DNA from: Dehalococcoidia bacterium
GTDB taxonomy: Bacteria; Chloroflexota; Dehalococcoidia; UBA2979
NCBI GenBank assembly: GCA_965262725.1
Contig: OZ253555.1
Span: forward strand, 1,856,001 to 1,920,000
Direction: 5' to 3'
Length of the DNA stretch: 64,000 nt
Part shown: positions 1-10,800 of the stretch, one piece after another
How positions within the stretch are numbered: position 1 is the first letter of the stretch
Layout: the number at the start of each line of letters is the position of its first letter
The notes under the pieces: model-generated
What the model saw: the letters and a program-made list of their open reading frames with translations, nothing else
What the model was told of the DNA's origin: nothing
The model's database searches: none
Program-made: the position numbers and the translations under genes

Positions 1-830
1 CGAACGGGGCGGGGAAGACCACGACCGTGCGCATCCTCTCGACGCTGCTGCTGCCGAGCTCGGGCTCCGCGCGCGTGCTCGGCCACGACGTCGAGCATGA
101 GGCGGGCGAGGTGCGCAAGCACATCGGGCTCGCCCTCGGCGGCGAGCGCGGGCTCTACGGCCGGCTCTCCGGCCGCGACAACCTGCGCTACTTCGGGGCG
201 CTGCAGCACATGTCGGGGCGTGACGCCGGGCGCCGCATCGACGAGATCCTGGAACTCGTCGGGCTCGCGGATTCCGGTGGCACGCTGGTCGAGCGCTACT
301 CGCGCGGGATGCGGCAGCGGCTCCAGATCGGCCGTGCGCTGCTCGCGCGGCCCGAGGTGATCTTCCTCGACGAGCCGACGATCGGGCTCGACCCGCAGGG
401 GGCTCAGGAGTTCCGGGCGCTGGTGCCGGAACTCGCCGCTGCGGGCGCGGCCGTGCTGCTCACGTCCCACTACATGCTCGAGGTGGACCAGCTGTGCGAG
501 ACGGTCTGCGTGATCAACGAGGGCCGCGAGGTGGCACTCGGCAGCCCCGCCGAGATCAAGCGCCGATTCGGCCGCGCCTCGGTGATCGAGGCGCTGCTGA
601 CGGAGCTCCGCGAGGGGCTTGTCGGCACGCTCGAGTCACTCCCGGCGGTGCAGCGCGTGGAGGTCACGAGCGACGGCGGCACGCACCGGGCGATGGTCCA
701 CCACGCGCCGGATGCGGATGTCAGCGCCCACGTGACTCAGATCGTGGGCGCTGCGAACATCGTGCACATGACCACGCGGGAGCCGACGCTCGAGGAGGCC
801 TACCTCGAGCTGATCAGCCGCGAGCGATAG
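1..830 (+). CDS. ABC transporter ATP-binding protein (5'-partial)
   Basis: Frame open from window start: NGAGKTT Walker A, YSRGMRQR signature, FLDEPT Walker B, LLTSH H-loop. Confidence 0.95.
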   Translation, partial: NGAGKTTTVRILSTLLLPSSGSARVLGHDVEHEAGEVRKHIGLALGGERGLYGRLSGRDNLRYFGALQHMSGRDAGRRIDEILELVGLADSGGTLVERYSRGMRQRLQIGRALLARPEVIFLDEPTIGLDPQGAQEFRALVPELAAAGAAVLLTSHYMLEVDQLCETVCVINEGREVALGSPAEIKRRFGRASVIEALLTELREGLVGTLESLPAVQRVEVTSDGGTHRAMVHHAPDADVSAHVTQIVGAANIVHMTTREPTLEEAYLELISRER

Positions 831-993
831 CGGTGGAGTATCACGGGGCCGTCCGGAGGGACGAGCGGCGCGTCTGGCCGAGCGGCCGCTGCGAGTGGGC
901 CTGCGGGGCGCGACCGGACCGCGACGGTGACGGCGTGATGGTTGCCGCGGCGGTGGGTCCGGAGGGCGCCGGGCCCGGGCTGCGAGCGAGGCG

Positions 994-1623
994 ATGACAG
1001 GGGAGCGGTGGCACCCCGGGACGCCAATCACCGGCCGCAGCCTCTGGTGCGGGCGCGTGTTCGCAGCCTGGCCATTCGTCGTGGTCGAGGATCGCGGCGA
1101 CACCATCGCGGCCTTTACGCCACCCGGCGCGGTGTGGAGGCGCCCGACGGACCTCGAGGGCAACGACATTCGTCTGCCACACGTCGCGTGGCGTCTTCGC
1201 GACGACATCTGGTACGGCCGCGGAATGGTGCGCGTATTCATTCGCGACGCCGCACACTCGGTACTGGTCTTCCTCGACGAGGCCGACGTAAGGAATTGGT
1301 ACGTGAATCTCGAAGCGCCCTTCCGCCGGACCGCGATCGGTCTCGACACGAGCGACCATCACCTCGACGTCGTCTTTCCTCCCGACCTCGGTGAGGCGCG
1401 GTGGAAGGACGAGCACGAACTCGATGAGGCCGTCTCCTTCGGCAGCATGACCCAGGACGGGGCCGAGACGGTTCGCGCCGAGGCCGAGCGGGCGATCGAG
1501 TGGATCCAGCGCGGCGACCACCCTGCCATCGACGATCGCTGGCGCAGCTGGAGCCCGCCGTCCGAGTGGCGTATCCCCGTCCTCGCTCCCGATTGGGAGA
1601 CGCTTCCGCCGCTCGTGACCTGA
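994..1623 (+). CDS. DUF402 (FomD-like) domain protein
   Basis: WYVNLEAP...DTSDHHLDV...WKDEHEL motif typical of DUF402. Confidence 0.85.
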   Translation: MTGERWHPGTPITGRSLWCGRVFAAWPFVVVEDRGDTIAAFTPPGAVWRRPTDLEGNDIRLPHVAWRLRDDIWYGRGMVRVFIRDAAHSVLVFLDEADVRNWYVNLEAPFRRTAIGLDTSDHHLDVVFPPDLGEARWKDEHELDEAVSFGSMTQDGAETVRAEAERAIEWIQRGDHPAIDDRWRSWSPPSEWRIPVLAPDWETLPPLVT

Positions 1624-1969
1624 CAAGGCGGCGCGGACAGGGAGACTGGGCTCCCGCCGCGGCTGCCGCGTAGCGCGCGTGCGTCGTCAGACGCGGACCG
1701 CTCCGCCCCGACTGCCGACCGGCTGCCCTCGTGGCACTCCACCCACGCCACTCCGTGCGACAGCCGGCCCGCCGGCAGGGGCGCAAGCAGCCGGAGGGGC
1801 AGTCGTCTCGTCCGTGTCTCCCTCAGACGCTACCGGGGCGGTGGTGAGGCAGGGGGGCATCGATCTTCGCAGTCCTGATGCACGTCTCCCGTCGAGGACG
1901 CAGCTCGCGGCGGAGGCGACCGTGTGCATCGTTTCGTTCAATGCGATGCGCAGGGTCGCGTACATCCCT

Positions 1970-2012
1970 ATCCCCATTGCGCCCCCCCGATAGGGGGGGA
2001 CGCAATGGGGAT
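1970..2012. terminator. Long GC-rich hairpin between convergent genes (probable terminator)
   Basis: ATCCCCATTGCG-C7-loop-G7-A-CGCAATGGGGAT inverted repeat about 50 bp downstream of the flotillin stop. Confidence 0.55.
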
Positions 2013-2062
2013 CGAGGTCACGCCACATGGCCGGAGCCTGGGCCGCGTCGGCGCCGCCGGGA

Positions 2063-3460
2063 TCAGCGCTCGGCGCCGATTCCGTCATCAGACGTAGCGC
2101 CGCCTTCCGGCTTGGCTGGGTCATCGTTTGACGGGAAGGAGCCGAGAAACGCGGGAAGTTCGATGCCAGCGCTCGCGGCGAGATCGTGGATCGGCGGAAG
2201 GGTGGTTGCGAGGCTGCGCACGAAGCCGGCCAACCCACCAGCGGGGCCCCCGCCCTCCCAGACGACAACCTTGTCAATGCCGATCCCGGAGATCGCCTTG
2301 GCCTGCTGCTCCACGAGGGCCGGCATCTGCTCGGCCATCAGCAGCAGGACCGCATCTCGGGGACTGTTCCCCGCTGCTCCGACGAGGTCACTGATACCTT
2401 CTGCGCGCTTCGACAGGATCGCGTACTGGCCGTTGGCTTCGGCTTCCAGGAGCTTCTGGTTACCCTCAGCCTGGCCTCCATTGAGGATGCTGATGCTGGC
2501 AGCCTCGGCTTCGGCGATGACGCGAGCCCTCTCCCGTTCCACTTCGGCGGGCATGATGACGTCCGCCTGCTGCTTGGCCCTGTCGCGGATCGTGCGGGCT
2601 TCCTCGGCCTCCGCCTCGGCGGCGAATGCCTCTGCCTCCGCCGAAGCAGTCGTCACACGCTCGGCGGCGATGGCAGCCCGTTCCGCTTCCGCTGCGCGCT
2701 GGCGGCGTGCACTCTCCGAGTTGGCGACGACCACTCGCGACTCGTTCTCGCCCTCAGTGGCAGTCGCTTCCTCTTCAGCGACCCGCACGCGTCGCTCGCG
2801 GTCCGCTTCGGCGGCGCCAACGGAGCCGTCACGTTCCTGCTCTGAGACTCGGATCTTCGCCTCGTTGATGGCGCGGGCGGCGGCTTCCCGCCCAAGAGCG
2901 TCGATGTAGCCGGACTCGTCGGTCACGTCCTGAATGTTGACGTTGATGAGCCGCAGTCCGACCTTGGCCAGCTCGGCTTCAAGCGACTCGGTGATGTTCG
3001 CGATCAGCTTCTCGCGGTCGGTGTTGATCTCCTCGATCGGCATCGTGGCAATAACCACGCGCATCTGGCCGAAGATGATGTCGCGAGCCAGTGTCTCGAT
3101 AGCTGGCAACTCGAGTCCCAGCAACCGTTCGGCGGCGTTCTGCATCACGCCGGGATCGGTGGAGATGCCGACAGTAAACGTGGCAGGCGTGTTGACCCGG
3201 ATATTCTGCTGGGACAGTGCGCCTTCCAGCCTGATGTCGATGGACAGCGGCGTGAGGTCCAGGAACGCGTGCCCCTGGAGGACGGGCCACACCAGAGCGC
3301 CACCACCATGGAGGCAGCGTGCTGATTGGCCTTCGTCACCGACACGCCCATAGATGACGAGCACGCGGTCTGAGGGGCAACGCTTGTAGCGCCCCGCGAT
3401 CGACAGCACGGTCAGCAGCACGATGGCTACGAGACCGCTCACTAAGACAATGGCATCCAT
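2063..3460 (-). CDS. Flotillin / SPFH (Band 7) family protein
   Basis: N-terminal TM helix, SPFH domain (RYKRCPSDRVLVIYG, GLRLINVNIQD), Ala/Glu-rich coiled coil, IDKVVVW tail; next to NfeD. Confidence 0.93.
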   Translation of the reverse strand: MDAIVLVSGLVAIVLLTVLSIAGRYKRCPSDRVLVIYGRVGDEGQSARCLHGGGALVWPVLQGHAFLDLTPLSIDIRLEGALSQQNIRVNTPATFTVGISTDPGVMQNAAERLLGLELPAIETLARDIIFGQMRVVIATMPIEEINTDREKLIANITESLEAELAKVGLRLINVNIQDVTDESGYIDALGREAAARAINEAKIRVSEQERDGSVGAAEADRERRVRVAEEEATATEGENESRVVVANSESARRQRAAEAERAAIAAERVTTASAEAEAFAAEAEAEEARTIRDRAKQQADVIMPAEVERERARVIAEAEAASISILNGGQAEGNQKLLEAEANGQYAILSKRAEGISDLVGAAGNSPRDAVLLLMAEQMPALVEQQAKAISGIGIDKVVVWEGGGPAGGLAGFVRSLATTLPPIHDLAASAGIELPAFLGSFPSNDDPAKPEGGATSDDGIGAER

Positions 3461-3540
3461 CGGAGGCCCCTTCCTGAGTCCCTGTGGTTATGAGTCCCTT
3501 GAGTCCCTGTGCCTATCCTGAGACGACGTTGTTGGTCCGG

Positions 3541-4101
3541 TCAGACCGAGAATGGGCGGACCAGAACAGTGGTTGGGTTGATGGTGCCGACGACTTCGAC
3601 ACGCTCTCCGACCGCTACGGCACCGCTACCTGGTTCGGCCACGGCTGCCACCTCTCGCAGCCGGCCCTGCACCATGACTTCGATTTTCCCTGCCCGTGAT
3701 CGGTCGTCAGGGACGGTGAGGTAGACGCGGCCGACAGATCCTACTGCCGTGCTGTAGTCGAGTGAGCCATCCGACTCGAGGCTTGAGAACTTCCGCCACA
3801 TGATGCCTGCGCCCACCATGGCCAGCGTTCCGGACACGGCCGCGCCGCCCACCGAGGCGGGGAAGGGCACGTTCGCATCCACCAGGAGCACGCCGACCCA
3901 GCCGAAGACGAAGAAGAACGCAGTCAGCCCGCGGAGGGATATCATGCCCGAGAGCCCGGCCTCGTCGCCGCCGAAGTCGAAGTCGCCGCCGAATCCGACT
4001 GCGAGCAGGAGCAGCTGCAAGGCGAGCGCAGCTGCGGCGGCGAACCCGATCGCGTAGAAGACTTGGAGTGGGCCCGTGAGCCCATCCCACCATCCGGGCA
4101 T
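3541..4101 (-). CDS. NfeD-family membrane protein
   Basis: Three TM segments plus C-terminal OB-like domain (VGSVGRVYLTVP...GKIEV...GERVEVVG); directly upstream of flotillin. Confidence 0.85.
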   Translation of the reverse strand: MPGWWDGLTGPLQVFYAIGFAAAAALALQLLLLAVGFGGDFDFGGDEAGLSGMISLRGLTAFFFVFGWVGVLLVDANVPFPASVGGAAVSGTLAMVGAGIMWRKFSSLESDGSLDYSTAVGSVGRVYLTVPDDRSRAGKIEVMVQGRLREVAAVAEPGSGAVAVGERVEVVGTINPTTVLVRPFSV

Positions 4102-4434
4102 CTCTATCCATCCTTATGCGGCAGGGCACGGGAGCGAGCCCCAGGCGGCATTCAGTGTAGGGGACGTACAGCGGTTCCGCTGCTGGTCATGTCACTGGCG
4201 GTGGCGAGGCGTACACACCCGACTCAGACGGGGAGATCGTAGCGTCCGCTACCGCGGTCAGGGTGAGGCAATGGACGCGTGCGCGGAACTACAGCGAGAG
4301 CCATGTCTGATTCCGTCCTCGTCGATCTCGGTGTACCAGCAGATTGATGGTACGCCCGTGTCAGACGCGAACGTGATTGAGGCGGCTTGTGCTGCGTCCG
4401 CTACGCTGCACGGTGTGCTGACTGCGGAGCGGCG

Positions 4435-5349
4435 ATGAGCGACACACCGGCCATCCGCTTCGAGGGCCTCGTGAAGTCGTACGGCGACGTGCGCGCCCTC
4501 GACGGCATCGACCTCGACGTGCCGCGCGGCGAGGTCTTCGGCTTCCTCGGCCCCAACGGTGCGGGCAAGACCACCGCGATCCGCGTCCTCATGGACCTGA
4601 TCCGTCCCAACGCCGGCCGCGCCGAGGTGCTGGGGTTCGACGCCCAGCGCGACTCGATCGAGGTACGCCGGCGCTGCGGCTACCTGCCCGGCGACCTCGC
4701 CCTCTACGACGCGCTCACCGTCGACGCCTGCCTCGACCTCGTCGCGGCGCTGCGCGGGGGCGTCGACCGGCGCTACCGCGAGGAGCTCGTCGAGCGGCTG
4801 CGGCTCGACGGTGACCGCCGCGTCGGCGACCTGTCGCGCGGCAACTACCAGAAGGCCGGCCTCGTCATCGCGCTCATGGCGAAGCCCGACGTGTTGGTGC
4901 TGGACGAGCCGACAAACGCCCTCGACCCGCTCGTACAGGAGGAGGTCGAGGCGATCCTGCGCGAGGCGGTCGCCGAGGGGCGCACGGTCTTCTTCTCCTC
5001 GCACGTCCTCGCCGAGGTGGAGCAGCTCGCGCGCCGCGTGGCGATGCTGCGCGAGGGCCGCATCGTCGCCGTCAGCGACCTCGCCGAGCAGCGCCGCCTC
5101 GCGCCGCGTCGCGTGAGCGTGACCTTCGAGGAGGCCCCGCCGGCCGGGGACTTCGGACGGCTGCCCGGCGTGCGCCTCGTCTCGCTCGAGGGGCGAGACG
5201 CCGTGTTCGAGACGCACGACGCGATGCACGCGCTGATCCAGGCGCTCGCAGCCCATCGCGTACAGACCCTCGAAACCCACGAGATCACGCTCGAGGAGCT
5301 CTTCCTGTCGTACTACGAGGAGCCCGCGGGGGCGGCCACGCATGCCTGA
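4435..5349 (+). CDS. ABC transporter ATP-binding protein
   Basis: GPNGAGKTT, LSRGNYQK, VLDEPT, FFSSH; ATG at 4435. Confidence 0.95.
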   Translation: MSDTPAIRFEGLVKSYGDVRALDGIDLDVPRGEVFGFLGPNGAGKTTAIRVLMDLIRPNAGRAEVLGFDAQRDSIEVRRRCGYLPGDLALYDALTVDACLDLVAALRGGVDRRYREELVERLRLDGDRRVGDLSRGNYQKAGLVIALMAKPDVLVLDEPTNALDPLVQEEVEAILREAVAEGRTVFFSSHVLAEVEQLARRVAMLREGRIVAVSDLAEQRRLAPRRVSVTFEEAPPAGDFGRLPGVRLVSLEGRDAVFETHDAMHALIQALAAHRVQTLETHEITLEELFLSYYEEPAGAATHA

Positions 5350-6211
5350 CCGCACGATCGTGCGCAAGACGCTGCTCGACCTGCGCTGGCAGGTCGTGGG
5401 CTGGGGCCTCGGCCTCGCGGCCCTCGCGGCGATGCTCGTGCTGATCTACCCCGCCATCAGCGCGCAGTTCGAGGGCGTCGAGATGGAGAACATCGGGTTC
5501 GGGGAGATCCAGGACCTCTCGGACCCGCGCCAGTTCTTCCAGGTCGAGTTCTTCACGTGGTCGCCGGTGCTGATGACCATCTTCGCGATCATCGCCGGCG
5601 GTGCGCTGCTGGCCGGCGAGGAGGGTGCGGGCACGCTCGAACTCCTCCTGTCGCAGCCACTCGCCCGCCGACGGCTCTTCCTCGGCAAGCTCGCGGGCGT
5701 GGCGGTCGCCGTCGTCGGCGTCCTCGCGCTCGCCGGGCTCGGCTTCCTGTTGACGGCCCCGTTCGTCGATCTCAAGGGCGCGGTGGCCGCGGGTGAGCTG
5801 GCGGTCGCGCCCTTCTCGCTGCTGCCGTTCGCATGGTTCGCGCTCGCGGCGACGGTCCTCGCCGCCACGCTCACGCCGACGCGCGGACGAGCTGCGGCGC
5901 TGATGACAGCCGGCGCCTTCGTGGCCTACGCGCTGAACATCGCGGCCGACCTCGTCACCTCGCTCGACTGGCTGCGCTTCTTCACCCCCTACTACTACTC
6001 CGACGCCCAGCGCGTGCTGACCGAGGGCACCGTGTGGTGGCATCAGGTAGCGCTGCTCGCGGCCGCGCTAGTCTGCGCCGCACTGGCCCTCGCCGTCTTC
6101 GAGCGCCGCGAGATCGGCGTCGGGCGCTCGCCTCTCGCCCTGCTCCTCGGCCGCGAGCCGTCTGCCGCCGAGACCGCTGAGGCCGCTCGCGAGCCCCTGG
6201 TCGCCCGCTAG
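5342..6211 (+). CDS. ABC-2 type transporter permease
   Basis: About six TM helices, GEE.GTLELLLSQP.R motif; overlaps the ATPase stop. Confidence 0.92.
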   Translation: MPDRTIVRKTLLDLRWQVVGWGLGLAALAAMLVLIYPAISAQFEGVEMENIGFGEIQDLSDPRQFFQVEFFTWSPVLMTIFAIIAGGALLAGEEGAGTLELLLSQPLARRRLFLGKLAGVAVAVVGVLALAGLGFLLTAPFVDLKGAVAAGELAVAPFSLLPFAWFALAATVLAATLTPTRGRAAALMTAGAFVAYALNIAADLVTSLDWLRFFTPYYYSDAQRVLTEGTVWWHQVALLAAALVCAALALAVFERREIGVGRSPLALLLGREPSAAETAEAAREPLVAR

Positions 6212-6424
6212 CAGCGTGCTAGAAACGCCTTCCGGGCAGCGGAGCGGGCGCCGCGCGGCCCGCCTCGAGTTGCGTCGTCGTGCTTCCGGCGTGCTGGTCC
6301 CCTTCCACGGGACGCCGCCTGCCGTCCGCCAGACCCCTGCCGGTGGGTGCGAAGGTCGACGAACCGATGCTCGATCCCCCGCAAGGCCCGTCAGGCGAGG
6401 AGGCTGCCCGTGAGCCCGGCACCG

Positions 6425-7096
6425 ATGAACACGCCGCGGCTGGCCGTGAGAGCCGTCTTCTGGGACCTGGACGACACTGTCCTGGACACTCTGACGGGCC
6501 GGGTGGAGGCGCTTGCCGGGGCGTATGAGGACTGTCTCGGCAGCCGACCGGACGCACGTGCGCTGTGGCGGGGGCACGATGGCCGCACGCTTCACGAACT
6601 CGCGAAGGAGTTGATGGGCGATGACTGGCCGCGTTTCGTCGAGTGCTACCGGGAGCGGTACTTTGCTCTCGACATCGCCTCCGAGCCGTTCCCCGGCGTT
6701 GTGGACACGCTCGATGCGCTCAGGTCGGACGGGTTTCAGCTGGCGATTGTCACCTCGAAGCTCGCGTGGCGGGCGACGGAAGAGCTCGCACGCGCGGGAC
6801 TGTTTGGCCGCTTCGCGGCTGTGGTCGGTTGGGAGGACAGCGAGCGGCACAAACCGGAGCCGGATCCGCTGCGCGTTGCGATGGGGCGCCTCGGCGTCGG
6901 TGAATCGGGCTCCATCGCGTACGTCGGGGACACGCCAGCCGACGTGAGGGCTGCACGGGCGGCAGGGTGCCACGCGATCGGAGCGGCATGGGGGTCGCTT
7001 GACGCCGATCGGGTGCGAGAGGAAAACCCGGACGTGCTGGTGGAACATCCGGCCGACGTGCTTGCCTACGTGCGCCGCGTGGGGCCGGAGAGGTAA
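6425..7096 (+). CDS. HAD-family hydrolase (phosphoglycolate phosphatase / PpaX-like)
   Basis: WDLDDT motif I, VTSK, KPEP, YVGDTPAD. Confidence 0.92.
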   Translation: MNTPRLAVRAVFWDLDDTVLDTLTGRVEALAGAYEDCLGSRPDARALWRGHDGRTLHELAKELMGDDWPRFVECYRERYFALDIASEPFPGVVDTLDALRSDGFQLAIVTSKLAWRATEELARAGLFGRFAAVVGWEDSERHKPEPDPLRVAMGRLGVGESGSIAYVGDTPADVRAARAAGCHAIGAAWGSLDADRVREENPDVLVEHPADVLAYVRRVGPER

Positions 7097-7130
7097 GAGC
7101 CCCGCCGCCGAAGTGGTGAAACGCTGCCAC

Positions 7131-7676
7131 TCAGCGTTCCTGCAACCGCTCGCGCGCCTGCCACTCGGCGCCCAGCACCGCGTAGAGAACGCCGTCGGCG
7201 CGCTCACCTCGGACGGGACGATTCATGCGAACTACGCCCTCCCGCTGCATGCCGAGCTTCTCTATAACACGCCACGAGGCCGTGTTGCGGATGTCGGCGA
7301 CGGCCTGGACGCGGGCGAGGCCGAGCTCTTCGAAACCGAATGCGATGACCGCCGCCGCTGCCTCCGTCGCCAGGCCCTGGCCCCAGAGCGGGCGCGCAAT
7401 GTCGTAGCCGATCTCGGCCGAGTCGGCCCCGCCGATTCCCAGGTTGAGGCCGCCCGAAGCTCGGCCCTCGTGGGCGATCGCCCATTGGAACCTGGTCTCG
7501 TCGTCGGCACGGATGGCCTTCGCAACAAACTCCTCAGCACTACGTCGCGTGTACGGACGTGGCACGGGGAGATACCGGGCCCACTCGGGGTCCGTCGCGT
7601 AGCCGACGACGTCATCGACATCGTCGAGTCGGAAGGGGCGCAGGAGCAGGCGCTGCGTTCGGAGCGTGGGCGGCAT
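7131..7676 (-). CDS. GNAT N-acetyltransferase (RimJ/RimL type)
   Basis: LRTQRLLLRPF, EIGYDIARPLWGQGLATEA, NTASWRVIEKLGM. Confidence 0.92.
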   Translation of the reverse strand: MPPTLRTQRLLLRPFRLDDVDDVVGYATDPEWARYLPVPRPYTRRSAEEFVAKAIRADDETRFQWAIAHEGRASGGLNLGIGGADSAEIGYDIARPLWGQGLATEAAAAVIAFGFEELGLARVQAVADIRNTASWRVIEKLGMQREGVVRMNRPVRGERADGVLYAVLGAEWQARERLQER

Positions 7677-7821
7677 GATCGGCCGAGTATCACACGGCGC
7701 GGCGCCGACGCCTCCCACGCATCGAAGTCGCAGGGGTCGTCGCAGACCTCCTGGCGCATGAGTCCGCCGGGGGCGAGCCCGGGCTCAGCCTCGGGAGCGA
7801 GCGCCGGAGCGTCGAGTGACT

Positions 7822-10800
7822 CTACTCCGGCTCCTCGAGGAACCCTGCGTCGGCAGGCTCGAGCAGCCCTCCGGCGTCCACGCGCCTGCGCGCTTCGGCG
7901 AGCGCCGCCTCGACCTCGGTGTGCCCGGGCCACGCCAGTTCGCCGCTGCGCAGGAAGAGCAGGCCCGCGTTCGCCGGAGCCCCGACGGCGGCCTCGATGG
8001 CGCGCTGGTAGAGCCCGATCTGCACGGCGTAGTGGCGTGCCGCCTCCTTAGCCGAGGTCCCGTCCAGCCGATCGCTCTTGAAGTCGATCACGTGCCAACC
8101 GCTCGCGTCGTGGTAGACGAGGTCGATGCTGCCGTGGACCGGCACGCCGTCCCAGTCCCAGGCGAACGGCAACTCGAACCAGCGCTCGACATCCGGCGCG
8201 GCCAGCGCGGCGGCGACCGGCGACCGCGTGAAGCGGTCGAGCATCTCCCGGGCCTCGCCGGCCAACGCCCGCGCCGTCGCGTCGTCGAGGGCGCGCTCGC
8301 TCTGCTCCCGGGCGAGATCGGCCAGCGCATCGTCGTCGAGGGAGCCGGGTGCGCCCCCGGAGACCTCGAAGGCGCGGTGCACGAGCAGGCCACGCAGCGC
8401 CGCCAGGCCGTCACCGTGCTCGTGCTGCCGCGGGGCGGTCTCCGGAGGGCGGAGCGCCGTGACGGGCGTGCTCGCGCGCAGCGGGATCGCGGGCGGCCGC
8501 GCGAGCAGCGGCGAGATGTAGTCCTCCTCCTCGGATGTGTCGGGGCGCTCCAGGGCGGAGGGCGCCCGCCGCCTGGCGATCGCCTCGAGGTCGGGTGGGA
8601 CCGGCTCGCGCAGCTGGATCTCGCGCAGGGCGCCACTGGCGTGCGCGTCGCGCACCGAGTGCAGCCAGCCCCCGCCTCCCGTCTCGTCGCCCGAGATATG
8701 GAGGTAGTCCCCGGCACGCGTCGCCGCGACATAGAAGAGACGCCGCTGCTCCTCCGCATCCTCCAGTTGGTCCTGTTGCTGCAGGTGCGCGTAGAAGCCG
8801 GGCCGCGGCCGCTTGTCGTCGTCCTCGTCGCGCTCCAGCATGACGGAGACGCCGTCCTCGCGAGACCAGCGGACCGCGTCCCAGGTCGACCAGGATGAGA
8901 GGTGCGCCTCCGGCACGAAGACGATCGGGAACTCGAGGCCCTTCGCGCCGTGCACCGTCATCAGCTGCACCGCATCGGGGCGGTCGAGCGTGGCCGGCCC
9001 CTCGCGCGGGTCGAGGTCGTCGCGACGCTGCTCGAGGTAGGAGACCACCTCGGAGAGCGGGTGCCCGGCCAGCGTGCGCACGATGCGCAGCAGCTTGCGG
9101 ATGTTCGCGCGGGCTTGCTCGCCGCCCGCGAGCGGCGCCCATGACGCCTCGACGGCGGTGCGGTCGAGAGCCAGCTCGAGCAGCGCGTCGGCCGGCAGGG
9201 AGGCAGCGGCCCGTCGCAGTGCGGCGAGCGTCTCCCGGGCATGCGCGCAGCGTGCGCGCTCCTCGCCGGCGATCTCGTCGGGCGGATCGGCCAGCGCCGC
9301 CACCGGCCTGCCCCGCTCGCGCAGCGCCAGCAGCGTGTCGTCCCCGAGGGCAAAGAAGGGCGATCGCAGCACGCCGCTGAGCGCGAGATCGTCCTGCGGC
9401 TCCGCCAGCCAGCGCAGCAGGTTGATGCAGTCGAACACCTCCTGCCGCGTGAAGAAACCCGTGCCGCTCGGTGTCGCGGCCGTGATGCCATGCGTGTCGA
9501 GGGCTTGCTGGAAGACATGGACGTGCCTGAAGCGCCTCAGCAGGATCGCGATGTCGCCGCGCTGCGCGGGGCGCATCACACGCTCGTCCCGGTCCCAGAC
9601 CAGCCGCCCGCCGGCGAGCAGCCTCTCGATCTCCTCCGCGACCACGTCCGCCTCGACCCGTCGCCGCTCGGGCTCGCGCGGCCGCCCGCCGTCCGGCGCC
9701 CTGCTCCCGATCTGTGTCAGCGTGAGGTAGGTGCCGTCGTCCGGCGCCTCGCCGGGGCGGCCCGTCATCGGTGGTAGCGCCGCGAGGGACGGCGCCGTAC
9801 CGGCGAAGACCTCGCCGAAGAGCTCGTTGATGCGCGCCACCAGTGCGTCGTGGCTGCGGAACGAGCGGCTGAGCGGCAGCAGCGGCCCGCCCCGGCGGGC
9901 GACGAGGCCCTGCAACGCGGTGAAGCGGTGCACGTCCGCCCCGCGGAAGCGGTAGATCGATTGCCGCGCGTCGCCGACGAGGAAGAGCGCGGGTCGCGGC
10001 CCGTCGCCGTCGCCGCCGGCAATCAGCTCGATCAGCTCCGCCTGCACGGGGTTGATGTCCTGTGACTCGTCGACCATCAGGTGGCGGAAGCGCTCGCGCA
10101 CGGCGGCGGCCACGGCCGGGTGATCGCGGAGCAGGCCGACGGCGCCCAGCTCGAGATCGAGGTAGTCGAGCGCGCCCTGCGCCTCCTTCGCCGCCGTGTA
10201 GCGCCGCACCGCGTTCTCGAAGAGCGCGCGCAGCCCGGCGAGCGCTTCGAGAGCCGGCTCGTCGTGCTCGTTCCAGGCGGGCAGCCTCCCGGCCTCGCCG
10301 GCAAGCTCGCGCAGCTCGCGCAGCGCGTCCTTGACGTCGGAGTCGGGCGGACTCCTGCGCCCCACGTTGAGTCTGATGCGCGCCGCCGCGTCGCCGAGGA
10401 GGGCGGCGAAGTCTTGCCAGGAGTCCGCCTCGCAGGCCTCGGTGAGCGGCGCCAGGACGTCGCGCACGACCTCGGCAAGCCTGTCGCTCACGGCGTCGGC
10501 GTCGCGCCTGATCCGCGCGGCGATCGTCGGCGTCTGCTCCTGGATCGATCTCTGTCGGGGCCCGTAGCGCCCGTCGAGGGTGGCGCGGACGCGGCCGGGC
10601 CAGCCGGCGCTGTCCGCGCCCATCGCCGCGAAGGCGGACTCGACGGCGTCCCGCTCGGCGACCATCCGCGGGAGCCGGACACCGGCGTGGTAGACGCCGA
10701 TCCCGCGCAGCGCGGTGGTGCGCTCGTCGTCGGCCTCCGCGGCAGCATCGATCGCCTCGATGCAGGCCGTGCGCCGCAGCAGTTCCGCCTCGTCGTCGGC